Of a stretch of DNA of 64,000 nucleotides, positions 49,367-61,597 are shown one piece after another. Made by a program: the position numbers and the translations under genes. The stretch's first letter is position 1. Each line of letters begins with the position of its first letter. The notes beneath the pieces were generated by a model that had not been told where the DNA came from, searched no databases, and saw only the letters and a list, made by a program, of their open reading frames with translations. The DNA comes from Podarcis muralis (taxonomy: Eukaryota): positions 60,574,001 through 60,638,000 of the forward strand of contig NC_135658.1 in assembly GCF_964188315.1 (NCBI RefSeq), in the 5' to 3' direction.

Positions 49367-51102
49367 CTACATCTTGGGCTTGCCAAATACCATCTATTTT
49401 AATTCTTTAAAGAATCTGCAAGCTATGTTTTCTGTGCTTTTCTTTTTTAAGCTTACCGTAGTTTTCCCAGTTCTGGCAATGAAATTCAACATTTCTGTAA
49501 GGATTATGCCACTGTGCTTGCAAATATAGGATGAAACAATTTGACTGTCCTTTATTAGATTTCTTAGCAGATACAGCTGCATATATGATATATATCTTTA
49601 TTGCCTATGTATAACATCAACAGTTTGAGGGTTTTTCAGGCAATAATTATTGCAAGACTTATTGAAAAGAGATGTTTAGGATGGACAGTATCAGCTGTTG
49701 AGCCAACACGCCATCAGACATCATGATGTAACAAATATTTAGAATCAGGGTGTGGGTTTAGGTTTACTTTCATTAACTTGAGCCATTTTATTCACTTTTC
49801 AGCTGGAAACATGTGTGGCTTCAAAATGTTTCAAATAGAAACTGCCCAGTAAATTTATTTTGAGCATTGTATCATGCTTATTAAGATAATTTATAAACAG
49901 TGTTTCAGCCTAACATATTACTTGGAAATATGTTTACTTTGGTTTTACTTTCGCTATGTTTACTTTAGTATCACAGCAATGCCCTCAGATCTTGTTCAGA
50001 TTTTGTCAGAAAAACGTCCCAGTATATTCAGTAGGAATGACTCCCAAGTAAGTGTGCACATGACTGCAAGTGTGAAATCATATAGACATGGGGATGTTTT
50101 ATTCTTACCTTCTTGACAGTACACACAAAAATGCCTTCATTAATATAACTGTGACTAACTAGCAAAGGAAGATGTTTCACATATCATCACAAAATACCTA
50201 CTGGCTACTCATCCAGTGGAAGCAAAAAGATTACATTATATTCTTCAGGAGCAGGATAGCTTGATATATTCTGACACTCCACAGCTAGTGCTGTCAAGCT
50301 GAAACTGTTGCCACCATGTATTCTGCAAATCTGCATTTTTGTTGCTGGCAGCTTTGAACCTTTATAAATAGCTACAGTAAATAATAAGAGCAACCGGTAA
50401 GGAGACCACTTTAAACATTAGTTTCCTTCCTGGCCTTCTTGGCAAGCATCTTGCTGTTACAGGAATGTCCAAGACAAGAGACCATGTTAATTTATGCATT
50501 TGTTTATCCAGGTTTCTGCAGACCTGTTTTGTTTTTTAAAGAAGTTTCCAGTAAAGTTAACATAAATTTCAGGAGCTGAAACAAGCAGACACTAATTGTA
50601 AGCCCAAATTTCTGACCAGTGTTGCACCAAAAACTGAGTCACTTAAACTAATGTAGAGTACCATTTTAACATCTGTTTATCTTGGCCCTACCTCCAGGTC
50701 CTCCAGGTCCAGCCTTACATCATAACTCACCTTGTCACTTAGGGGTGCTTCTGTGCCCATGTTTTCCCCTCAGTCCTCTTATCCTAGATTTGTGAGAAGA
50801 AGATGCTGGATTCTTCTTTTGTTCTTACACAACTAGGGAGAAGCCTTCCCCAGCCTTGTGCCCTGTAGATGCTGCTGGGCTGCATCCCTGACCATTGGTT
50901 ATACCAGCTGGGCCTGTTGAGAGTTGTTGTTCAAAACATCTTGATTGTACCTGGTTGGGGGAGGCTGCCATAGAACTTCAGCCCAAGAGCTTCTTTGTCC
51001 CTGGGTTGGTTTTATGTTCAGTGCCCACTTCTGCAAGGTCTTAGGGATGTTTGCCGGAAGCACATGGGGAAGTACCACTTTGAGCTTTCATGAAGAGCTG
51101 CT

Positions 51103-51608
51103 TGTGTTCTGCTCCGGGTGATGAGCCTAGTAGAACAAGGGTTCTGGTCTAAACAGGCGATTCATAGTAAGCAGAGTCAAGCACAGCAAGGCCAGGCAGA
51201 GCAATTCTAAAGCAAGGCACGGCATGGCAACAGTTCAGGATGAGCTCCATGTGGAGTTTCAGCAAATTTAGAATGTTACTTCAGTAACAGGCCTTAAATA
51301 GTGTTGCAGTTCAGTCTGGGTGGTCCACTTCCAGTGGGAAAAGTCTTAAGGGGCCGTGCCTGTTTGCTCCTGTCGCATGGAGGAGATTGCTGCTCTACTG
51401 GAGCTTCTGCACTGGAGTCATCATCAGACCTGGATGGAAGCAATACGACCTTCTCAGGCCAAAGAAGAGCTGGAAAAAATGGCTTCCCTAGCAGAAGACT
51501 TCAAAACCTTCTTTGAAGACAATCTTCTCTCACCCTCTGGAACTTTCCCAGATCTACAGTATATTTATGTCCCCCAAGGAGGGATGGTTGAACCATGATA
51601 CCATAACA
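51103..51608 (-). mobile_element. Possible solo LTR of a different family
   Basis: TGT...ACA termini, 4-bp flanking repeat TGCT (51099-51102 / 51609-51612) and TATA-like CTATTTAAGG on minus. A 4-bp match could be chance. Confidence 0.4.
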
Positions 51609-52314
51609 TGCTGGTTCAACGTCATGCTGCTAATCTCTAGAACCAATGGAAAACAAAGAATATTTTGATAATGTAAGTGATGACTGGTTAGTTAGTTCTG
51701 TCCTACTTGCTTAGACCATAATACTTGTACCATAGCAGCAGTAGCAGACCATGAAATTGGCATAGCAATATATTGACATACTACAAAAAAATAAATAAAG
51801 TTGGAATAAGATACAGATCATAGCATAACTACCAAGTCTTGCAAGCAATTTATGACAGAACAAAGCTATGAGCCACCTTAGTTGCAAAACGCAACAGCTG
51901 GGAGCTGAGCACTTTGAAAAATGTCTGTCCCTATGTCATCAAAGTGGCCATGGAGTTCTTTTGAACTCCAGTGCCTTTGACCTATCGCCAACCCATCCTT
52001 GTTCCTGTCTGCAGCAACCTCTCTCTAGATGAGGAGGCATATTGATTACAGCTAAAATATAGTACTCATAAAAAAAATTGATGGGAAAAAAAGAAATGCA
52101 ATGGCTTTCTGACTACAGTTAAACCTGAGCAAAATAAACAGGATATCATTAAAGCAGTACAAGAGGAAGAAGTGCAAACGTTCAACATTCCTGGATAAAT
52201 AGCAAATAACACATCTTTGTACTCTTCGTAAATGTTGCTTTAAATAGGTGTTGCATAGAATATTGTTTAACCTTAAGATTAGTCTGAATCTAGCTTCTCC
52301 ATCTGTTTTCTTTG

Positions 52315-53103
52315 TGTTGCTAATATCTGCCCTCCCTTCCCCACAAGTGGGCGGGGGCACCGAGTGGGGCTCACCTGAGTGGGTGCCACCCACCTGCTTG
52401 AGCTGGCCTTTGACCCGCCCTCGGCCAGGGAGGACAATGGACAGCCAGCCGGGGGTGGGCCTAAGGCCAAAAGAGAAGAGCCTGACTCCTTGGCTCAAGC
52501 CTTTTTTGCTATTCTTCCTTCCAGTATCACCCACCCACCCTCCCTCAAATTATAATTTCTTGCCTTAATAATTTCATCCTAGGTCAGCGATCTTTCTTTA
52601 CAGGCTAATATTTTCGTTCCAGGTCAGCGGGCGCTGCTGCAGTCGTAAGATGGTTGCTGTATTCAGAACCGGGAAGGAATTTTCCCTGCATTGGCAGGTT
52701 TCGCCTTTCCCGTAGCAATTTCGTCACAACTTTGGCGGTTTTAGGCCTTGGCAAGGTAGCCTTTAGTCTAACATCGTTGGGGGGGGGGGATGCATTCATG
52801 CTCCCTCCCCATGCGGCGGCACTTGCAGGGCCCGTTAAAGGGCAAAACTGGGAGTCCCTGGCCCTAGAGCGGTGGCATGTAGGTCAGACTTCTGGGACGA
52901 GGTCGGTGGAAGGACATGCTGTGTAAGTTTCACTGGGTCTCATCTGCCTGCATATCCTCAGCCAGACGGACTGAGAGGGTTACCTGCCAAGGCCTGTGCT
53001 GAGTTGCCCACTTCTGAAGTTCAATAAAGTTGTGGCCAATTTGAACCCATATTCTGGTCTCTTGTCTCATCATTTGGGGTAAAAGGATAGGCACCCCAGA
53101 ACA
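52315..53103 (+). mobile_element. Solo LTR (Gypsy/ERV type)
   Basis: TGTTGC...GAACA termini like 62383-63129, AATAAA at 53023-53028 and the family 13-mer at 52720-52732. No TSD at the inferred ends (TTTG vs GGGT). Confidence 0.6.
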
Positions 53104-55267
53104 GGGTTAGTGTGTGTGCCCGCAAAATTCCTGTCTCCTGCTGCAATTTCCTACAATTGCTCAAAGCCGAGTGAATTCAAACTGGTTGCAATACTTACAG
53201 AATTTGACATCAAATGGTGTTCTGTCGTTCAGAACTAAGAATTTCATTGTAAAAGCAAAAAAGGAACACATTTCAAGTGTGGGAAAGCCAGGCATTAATT
53301 GTCAGTAAACAACTGTTTTGCCAAGGGTACTGTTCTCAATGCACCGACTTCTTTCTGAAAATATATATAATGGTATTGATTTCCTAAACTGTTGAGAATG
53401 GTTTATAATAGCAATAAGCTATGTGAAAGCAATCATTACACCAGTTAACAACTAGTTTATTAGAACATTAACTTGTGCTTCAGGCAGTTAATTCCCAAAC
53501 TGGTTTGGCAAAGAAAAAAAAGGCAGAGGCTGTATAAAATGATAATAATTTCAGTATTTTCAAGTGACCATTGATGGTGTTTACCATGTTGATGGTTCCC
53601 TGTTGTCAGGGAACCTTCTCTTACTTTGTTCACTCCAGTAACTTCTACTGAGTTTTAAATTATCTGGAGGAGGGCAGGGGGTGAAAAGCAAACGAGGGTG
53701 ACGGGACAAAGAAAAGTCACACTAAATAAAGAACCATAAAACATCGGAGGGGATTGTGCTGAGGCTAAGATGCCAATGGATGTCAATGGACACATACTCT
53801 GTGGTGGGACTAAAAGATGGGTATTCAGACCTAAAGCCAACTAAGATGGCTTGTGCTATTCCATGGTTTGGACTGCCACAACTGGCAGATATCTATGCTT
53901 CCCTACAGCAAAGGCAAAAACACCACATAGTGTTGGGGGGGAAAGACAACTTTACAATTGTTGGAATCATTTTATCTGGGGGAAGGAACTAGCACCTTAG
54001 ATTGTCAACTGTGGGGGCTCTCCATTCACTTCAATGCATATATATGCAGATGTAAAGTTTTGTCAACATAGAAAGAAGGAGCCGCATAACATCACATGCA
54101 GAGATTGGTTGTATTATTGAACACTTAATGAGATCCCAGGGTCCTTCCCTGTGCATATCACATTATTAGAAAAGTGAGTGGTGTGGAATGCCTTTTTAAT
54201 TATGAGGTGTGATGAAGTTCAGGAAATAAGATCATAATTGCACCGAGGATATGCATTTGCGTATGTCCTGCTTAGATGGGATTAGACAACCATTTGGCAC
54301 ATTTTTCACTTTCCTTAAAGCACAACAATTTGCTTATCATTCCCTTGTTACAAGGGAATTGTTACTAAGAATCTAATGACAATAGTAAGGAAGAAATCTC
54401 AAGGCATTTTTAGGCATGCAGGAAATTATGAAAACCTTAAGAATGACGGCGTAGGGTGTTTCTTGAAAGGAAACAGCATTTTAAGTGCCTCTTCACTGGA
54501 GGCTATTGCTCTCATCCTGTCATGTTCTTATTTTTGCCCTCCAGCAGTATTTGCAGGCTCTATTTTCTAGCGTTTTATTATTCATTCTTTCATTACTTAT
54601 TCATAAAAAACCCAATATATTTGGTTCTAGTTCAATATTTTTAGTATGTAAGTTGTGTGAAATGGTCAAATTAGTTATTGATAGTTACAACAAATGCTTT
54701 ATTATCCATCTTGTTAAAGAAAGTAAATATCAATATTTTTTAATCCAGTTACCAAAGCAGCTATTTGCTTTAGATGTCAGCTATTGAACTAAATTCTAAT
54801 CCATTTCCACGGAGTTCTTAAAGTTTGACAGTAAAGCCTTACTAAGTTTGTAACATTTTATATCTCCCCACTCGTCCTGTCAAGGACTTGGACCTGCTAT
54901 GGAATGGCAAGATGGGAAGGACTAACAACATGTTTGAGCCTAAGTGCCACCTCCGAAATTGTGGAGCCCAATTGGCTCTCTAGTTCATTTGATGAAGCAG
55001 GCCAAGGACATGTCTCACAGCACAGATGACAGTACATAATGGTGCCTACTTTGTGACAGTGGTGGAGGTGAAAAAAACTTACTTTTCTGGGGTTCTCAAG
55101 GAGCCAAGCTCTTTAGGGTTGTGAATGGGCAAGTTAAATCTGGTCTGGAATTGGGAACAGCTGACGGTTCAGTAGCCCACTGTGACAAACCTGCAAATCA
55201 TTTTCAGGAAAAAGTAACAAATCTTTCTAACAAATCTGACTCTTGGAAGGGTCCTGATATTCATTGT

Positions 55268-55358
55268 TAGTTATACTCAGAGTAGACCCATTGAAATCAC
55301 TGAAGTTAAGTAACATAAAGCATTGATTTCCATGTACCTGCTCTGAGTATGGCTAACC
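55268..55358. repeat. Old palindromic MITE-like repeat
   Basis: Imperfect ~30-bp inverted arms (ATACTCAGAG..GAAATCA / TGATTTC..CTCTGAGTAT). Confidence 0.45.
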
Positions 55359-56170
55359 TTAGATATCACCCATTGAATTTCACCTCCCAATGCACTCGTG
55401 GTGGGGAAATATTTGTACAGATGTAAATTGATTCCACGGTCAAAGAAAATAGGAATGATTCTTTTTAAATACACATTGAAGATGATAAACTGAGGTATTG
55501 TATGTTGTTCAACAGCTCCTCATGAAGATGGCTTCAAAGACAGTTTGATTTTTGCTCATTGGTGGGATTGGTTTTTATCCGGCTGTACTTGTATGTTTGT
55601 ACAGGCTATGAAATAGTTGTTTAGATTGTGATGGCATGTTTTATTAAATCAGTTTTATTGATTCAGTTTGTGGAACTAAATCCCTGCCTTGAATGTGCTT
55701 GCTGTGTTATACCAACTTCTTTCCTACTCTTCTTTCCATGTTTGTGGATTTGACCTTAGAGATAACAGAACAATAGTTAGGAAGCAATACATAATTAGTA
55801 ACAATGGTAACTCGGTAAAGTCTGCTGGAGAATCACAGACGAAGAAGTTCACATAATGAGCTGACATCCATGTCGGCAAGCGTGAGATCCAGAACAGAGA
55901 GCATCTTGGGAAACTGTTGTTTAGGGTGTACAACTGTGGCACTAGAAGCACAATGTAGCACATGTTACCCAATGAAAAAGCTATGAAGATTTCAGAGAAA
56001 GGGCTGCTATTTCTTTCTTCAGGAACTAAAAAGTCTACAATGAGCACCCTGCAAACACAAAGGAACAACCCCAGGGAACAAAATGGATTCTCAAACCCAA
56101 AGACACTCTGCACCATGAGTGTTTATTCGCTGGAACAGCCAGTCTTAGGTTCCCCCTTAGCAACTCTTTG

Positions 56171-56261
56171 ATTTCCTGCTTGGCAGGGGGTTGGACTCGA
56201 TGGCCCTTGTGGTCTCTTCCAACTCTATGATTCTATGATTCTATTCTATGATTCTATGATT
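56171..56261 (+). mobile_element. CR1 3' end with (ATTCTATG)n tail
   Basis: TTCCTGCTTGGCAGGGGGTTGGACTCGATGGCCCTTGTGGTCTCTTCCAACTCTATGATTCTATGATTCT. Confidence 0.9.
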
Positions 56262-56443
56262 GCATATACACTGCACCTTTAAAGCAAATTCAAACCACAT
56301 TCTTCCCTCAGAGAATTCTGGGCATTGTAGTTTATCACTCAAAGTCACAATTCCAAGCAACCCTTAACAAACTACAGTCCCCAGAGTTCTTTTGAGGGGG
56401 GAAATGTGCTTCAAATGCGCTTTAAAGGTATTGTGTGTATGTA
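56261..56443. mobile_element. Palindromic MITE
   Basis: Long imperfect inverted arms CCTTTAAAGC..CACATT..GAATTCTGGG..TGTAGTTT / AAACTACA..CCCAGAGTTC..AATGTG..GCTTTAAAGG. Confidence 0.6.
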
Positions 56444-57715
56444 GCCTGAGACTTAGGATCAGGCCCCAATCCTAAAGACACATAACATGGATTAAAGTGA
56501 AATGCACCTTAGTTCCAGTTAAGTTTCCTTCAGCTGGATCTGTAGAGATCTAAATTATCTGATAGTTCTTTAGTATGGAAAATGAGGTTGCAATGTCTGT
56601 TCTCTGGTAACCTTGATAAAGCTATTAATTGCTTTCCATATGTAGTGTTGTTAATGCTATTAACATAAGTGTTGTTCTAAAGCAGGGAACAGAATTTAAG
56701 CTGCTTTACTGTTTAAAGATTTCAGTAAAAGCAATACTGTTATCACAGTGAAAGTATTAATGACCTCAGGAGGATAAATTACTGGTCAACACCCATATTT
56801 TAATACCCCTTGTTGTGCACACACTGAGATTTGACGCAAAAAAATAACTTTCTCTGCAACACTGTTTTACTCCCTGAAGAGAAAAAAGCCCTTAACTATT
56901 TGTGATATTTTCTCTGCTTATGTATTTCTGAAGTAATGCAGCTTTCCAGATTTGCTAAATGGACTAGTTGCCTTTCCCATTCAGTTAAGATTAGGCTGCA
57001 GATAACATCAAAGAAAACAGGGAGACAGATTAAGATAGAAGGGAACAAACAGAAGGGGGAGAAAGAAAATGAAGGTCAAATCAAAGTGTCTTGTCTGTTT
57101 CAACACAGCCTTGTATTGATAAAAGAAATGCTCATATATTGGGGTAGATATGCTTTCCATACACATATACACACACATATAACTGGAGATTTCCCTTAAC
57201 TTTATTTCTTTTATGCCAGCTGAGGTATGACATTTCAGAAAAGCTAGGGTGAGATTTGCAATCTGATCTTTTGTATGTTTACTCAGAATTAAGTTGCACT
57301 GATTTCAGTGGAGCTTACTCCCAGAAAAGCACCCTGCTAGACATTTGTGTCACACAGTTTGAGTGCTGAATAGCTGATTTTTCACTTTAAAAGTATCTGA
57401 TGTGGGAGAGCTGGGGATGAACCAGGACCATGGCACAGGAAGAGGCAATTGCTTTAGCCCACTGCCATGGTCCAAATCAGAATTGGACCACCCCTACTCA
57501 TATACTTAGTATTCACAATGAGAGGGAAGTTTCAGTTGGTACCAATGAGAGCTCTCCTGTTCCAAACAACAGGCATGTGGGAAAGGGATAATTCTGATGT
57601 AGGCTACAGCAAAGGGGCAAAGAGTTAAAGCCCACTCATCTCATGGTCCCAACCCCCCCACCTATTTACCATGGCTCCATTCCTTCCTGGAGGGATGAAC
57701 CCAGAAGGTGGTGCT

Positions 57716-58350
57716 GGGAGACTCCTGTTCAACGCCTTGCCCATTGGTATGCAGGGTCATATTATGTCCCCTGTGCTATTTAACATTTACATGAAACCAC
57801 TGGGAGGGGTGGTCTGGAGTGTTGGGGTTTGATGTCGAAGAATTGATTCTTTTGAATTATGGTGCTGGAGGAGACTCTTAAGAGTCCCATGGACTGCAAG
57901 AAGATCAAACATATCCATTCTGCAGGAAATCAGCCCTGAGTGCTCGCTGGAAGGACAGATCCTGAAGCTGAGGCTTCAATACTTTGGTCACCTCATGAGA
58001 AGAGAAGACTCCCTGGAAAAGACCCTGATGTTGGGAAAAATTGAGGGCCCAAGGAAAAGTGGACGAGATGGCTGGACAGTGTTCTTGAAGCTACTAACAT
58101 GAGTTTGACCAAACTGAGGGGGGCAGTGGGAGACAGGAATGCCTGGCGTGCTCTGGTCCATGGGGCCACAGAGAGTCGGACATGACTAAATGACTAAACA
58201 ACAAATGCTCTTTTTCTCCCTTCCACCTAAATCTAAGGAAACTGTCTCAGTTCTAAACCGGTGTCTGTCCTCAGTAATGGACTGGATGAAGATGAACAAA
58301 TTGAAACTTAATCTAGATAAGACAGAGGTACTCTTCATCTGTCTGAAGGC
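57716..58350 (+). mobile_element. L2-clade LINE RT fragment, split by a Bov-B insertion
   Basis: Translates QGHIMSPVLFNIYMKPLGGVVWSVGV*C before the insert and SKETVSVLNRCLSSVMDWMKMNKLKLNLDKTEVL after it. Confidence 0.85.
57833..58204 (+). mobile_element. Bov-B LINE 3' fragment (5'-truncated)
   Basis: CGAAGAATTGATTCTTTTGAATTATGGTGCTGGAGGAGACTCTT...GTCGGACATGACTAAATGACTAAACAACAA. Reverse-complement match to 30145-30632. Confidence 0.92.
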
Positions 58351-58774
58351 AGACTAAGGAATATTCTGTTCTGTTATGATGATAGGATGTTTTGTGGGAA
58401 GCTTTCTATTTACACCAATAGGAAGGAACTTTTAAGTGTTCATTCTAGCTGGACAAGGATGAAGGATTTTGGCTCCCAGGATGCTGAAGAACACTACCTT
58501 TCCTGTAAGGTCCACCCCCAGTGTACCAGCAATTCTGGAAGGAAAAACTGGAAGTGCAGTTGCATGCTATACATCAAGTGAATAGTTAAGTTTTGTCCCC
58601 TGAAAGGTGAACTACATAAGAACAGACAGTACCCCAAAGAGCTCCACTCATCTGTACATCAGAATTTTAAAAAAGAGAGCCCAAAAGAATGACAACTCCA
58701 TAAAAACAGACAATCTGAATTCATTTAAAATATCAGAATTTTCATGTCACTGAGTCTTAAGACAGAACAATTTG

Positions 58775-59015
58775 GGTGGCATTGAAAGAGGATTAGATAA
58801 ATTAATGGAGGATAAGGGTATCAATTACTACTATCCACAATGACTATGTTTTACTGAGGCAGGATGCCTTTGTACATTGATTTCTGGGAGTCACAAGTGT
58901 ACTCAGGTCCTGCTTTCAGGCTTCCTATAGGCATCTGGTTCGCCGCTTTGAGAACAACATACTAGACTAGATGGGTCATTGGCCTGATACAGCAGGTCTT
59001 TTCTGATGTCCTTAG
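58775..59015 (+). mobile_element. Old CR1-type 3'-end fragment
   Basis: AAAGAGGATTAGATAAATTAATGGAGGATAAG...GGCATCTGGTT...GACTAGATGGG..GGCCTGATACAGCAGG. Confidence 0.55.
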
Positions 59016-61179
59016 TAAACTGATATTAGTCTGTAGCTACTACTTTCTTGTGCTGCCCTTATGCCTTTAATATATGCAACATATAGCAGGAGTTTTGGCA
59101 CAGACATAATGTGACCATTTCTGTGTGTCAAAAGGTCTGTTTACTGAGTACCCCCCCCCAACAATACTTTAATAACAGAATAAGCTTAAGCTATGTGATC
59201 TCCAATACAGCATATTGCTGTTCTTCCTTGCTGTGGTCATTTTATAAAGCACCCTGTGAACCTGCTGTGAACTATGGACTAGACATCATTGTTTCTGAAC
59301 TTCATTTGTGCCCTATGACCAGATGAGGTGGTCCAATAAACCCATGAAGCAGGACAACCTTGGCAACAATTGCACTTTTGCTCTGTACTCAGTTGCCCTA
59401 AGCAAGTAATTGAGAAATAAATAATATTGACTCTCACTCTCCATAGGATTAAGCAATACTTTAGGCGACTTGTAGAAAATTACAGGAAATTATTGTAGTG
59501 CCCTTTACCCTGTTAAGCAACCATGTAAAAATGTTAAGTTTCAAGATCTTAAGTCTGGAGTTTTGCCCATTTTCTGAAAAGAGAGTGAATCACAGTCTGT
59601 CCTCTGTCCCCTTTGTGGGAGCGACAAACATCATTTGTCATTTTTTAAATGGCTGTTCCCTCCTGTCCCACATAGGTTGTCTGGCTATAATATAATACAG
59701 GACAGGGAATTTAGATTATGTCCTTCATATCTGCATAGGATAATATCAGCTACCCTGCTGAAAATGTTTTCCCTGCTGCTCTGTTATTCTCAGCTTTCAC
59801 CATACAGCCAAAGAAGAAAACCACCAGTTTTATCTACCTCTGCTCTCCAAGACTTTAGCTATTATAGCATCACTGCACAGATAATGTTTAAGACAAATAC
59901 CTGGGCCTAATCTTTCAGCAAGGGCCAAAACACAAGCTGGAAAATTGCTGTCTATATTAGTAAGCATTTTTTTTAGTATTTAATATTCAGTGTTAAAATA
60001 AGGTACAGCCAAAAAGTGGTGTGGGTGTGCCCTATACTGTGTATATTTGCTATTTATGACTGGCATTAAAATAGGGCACATAAAGTAAAGGTGTACACCT
60101 TCCAAGCCTGTATGCTGAAGCTTTTACAACCAAGGTAAGAAATTGGGTTTTAATCATGTTCAGTCATGAAAATGCTGGCATGGATTATGTTCCTAATCAC
60201 TGCCCATAACTGTTAAGAAAAGGTGTTGTGTGCTTTCTTCTGCTATTACAGTGGGAATTATCAAATCAGCCTCGGGAACAGTCTCAATGATCCACAGCAT
60301 TGTGAAAATGCACCTTGCTTAATCACTTTCAGATATGTAATAAACAGCCCTCAGAAAACATTTCAGCCAGTTAAAGAATGCATTAAATCCCTTCCTTGCT
60401 CCACATGCTTTCTGTTAACATACTACAAGGTTTTTAATCCAGAATGTTTAACCTGAAGTAATAAAGCCACAGAAAACCTTCACAATACAGCACATCTCAC
60501 CTCATTAGCTGTGTGCTGGTTGGCTGATTGTACAGAGATTCAGAGATGTTGCCTTCCTCCAGTTATGGAGAAAGTAATGTTCTTTTTTATGTGTGGATAA
60601 TTAAACATGTACAGTACAATCCTATCTATACATGTCTACTCTGAAGGAACCCCCATTGAGCTCAATAGAACTTATTCCCAGGTATGTGAACATAGGATTT
60701 CAGCATACATTGCTATCAATGCCACCTGACATGCACCAATAATTATTAGCAAGACCAGTGCAGCCTGGTTTTAATAAAACTTGGTTGACAAAATTAGTAG
60801 AATTGCATCTTCCAAACTATCTTATATAAGAGAACAGGGATTTACCCTCTACCCTTTAGACACATGAGACGCATGAGGTGCTTCCATACTTGAGGTTGTA
60901 TCCAGCTAAGAATTCAAGTCAGTGTGCAAAGGAAGACCCCTGCTGAAAGCAAACCCTGCTTTGGTAAGAATGGGATGTATTATGATGTCAGGTGGGCATG
61001 GCTTTGGGAAAACTTCAAGGGTCAACGGAGGACACATGTTGGACATAATTAGGTCTGTGGGCTGGACACTGTTCCCCATGTATAGTGTACCAAATGGAGC
61101 AGACCTGGCCCTGCAACTTAAGTCAAGAAAAAATAGAAAGTCTTTAGGTACACAGAAGTACATATATTGAGGGCACTAT

Positions 61180-61182
<3 letters not shown>

Positions 61183-61229
<47 letters not shown>

Positions 61230-61233
61230 ACAT
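61183..61233. repeat. (CA)n microsatellite, left half
   Basis: Direct reading; it continues at 61561-61595 after the SINE. Confidence 0.95.
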
Positions 61234-61560
61234 AAGGTAAAAAGGTAAAGGACCCCTGGATAGTTAAGTTCAGTCAAAGGCGACTATGGGGTTGCGGATC
61301 TTGCTTTCAGGGTGAGGGAGCCGGTGTTTGTCTACAGGCACCTTTCCAGGTCATGTGGCCAGCATGACTAAACCACTTCTGATGTAACGGAACACCGTGA
61401 CAGAAACCAGAGCGCACGGAAACACAGTTTACCTTCCTGCCACAGCAAAACCTATTTAACTACTTGCATTGGCGTGCTTTCAAACTGCTAGGTTGTCAGG
61501 AGTTGGGACAGAACAACGGGAGCTCACTCTGTTTTGGGGATTTGAACTGCTGACCATCCG
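61234..61560 (+). mobile_element. Older Sauria SINE, 3'-truncated, inside a (CA)n tract
   Basis: AAGGTAAAAAGGTAAAGGACCCCTGGA head and core CCTATTTAACTACTTGCA..GTGCTTTCAAACTGCTAGG; more diverged than the other copies. Confidence 0.85.

Positions 61561-61595
<35 letters not shown>
61561..61595. repeat. (CA)n microsatellite, right half
   Basis: Direct reading of the sequence. Confidence 0.95.

Positions 61596-61597
<2 letters not shown>

Noticed and set aside
4301-53234. Phase-compatible chain of minus-strand mini-exons (53199-53234, 50109-50158, 29598-29618, 4301-4339)
   Set aside because: GTAAGT-type donors are expected many times by chance in 64 kb, I selected these post hoc, and the joined peptide matches nothing I recognise.
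55724-56116. 130-aa hydrophobic minus-strand ORF with faint olfactory-receptor-like words (NMCY..VPQL, FFVCD)
   Set aside because: Motif spacing and order do not fit a 7TM receptor, no MAYDRY-type motif is seen, and it is far too short.
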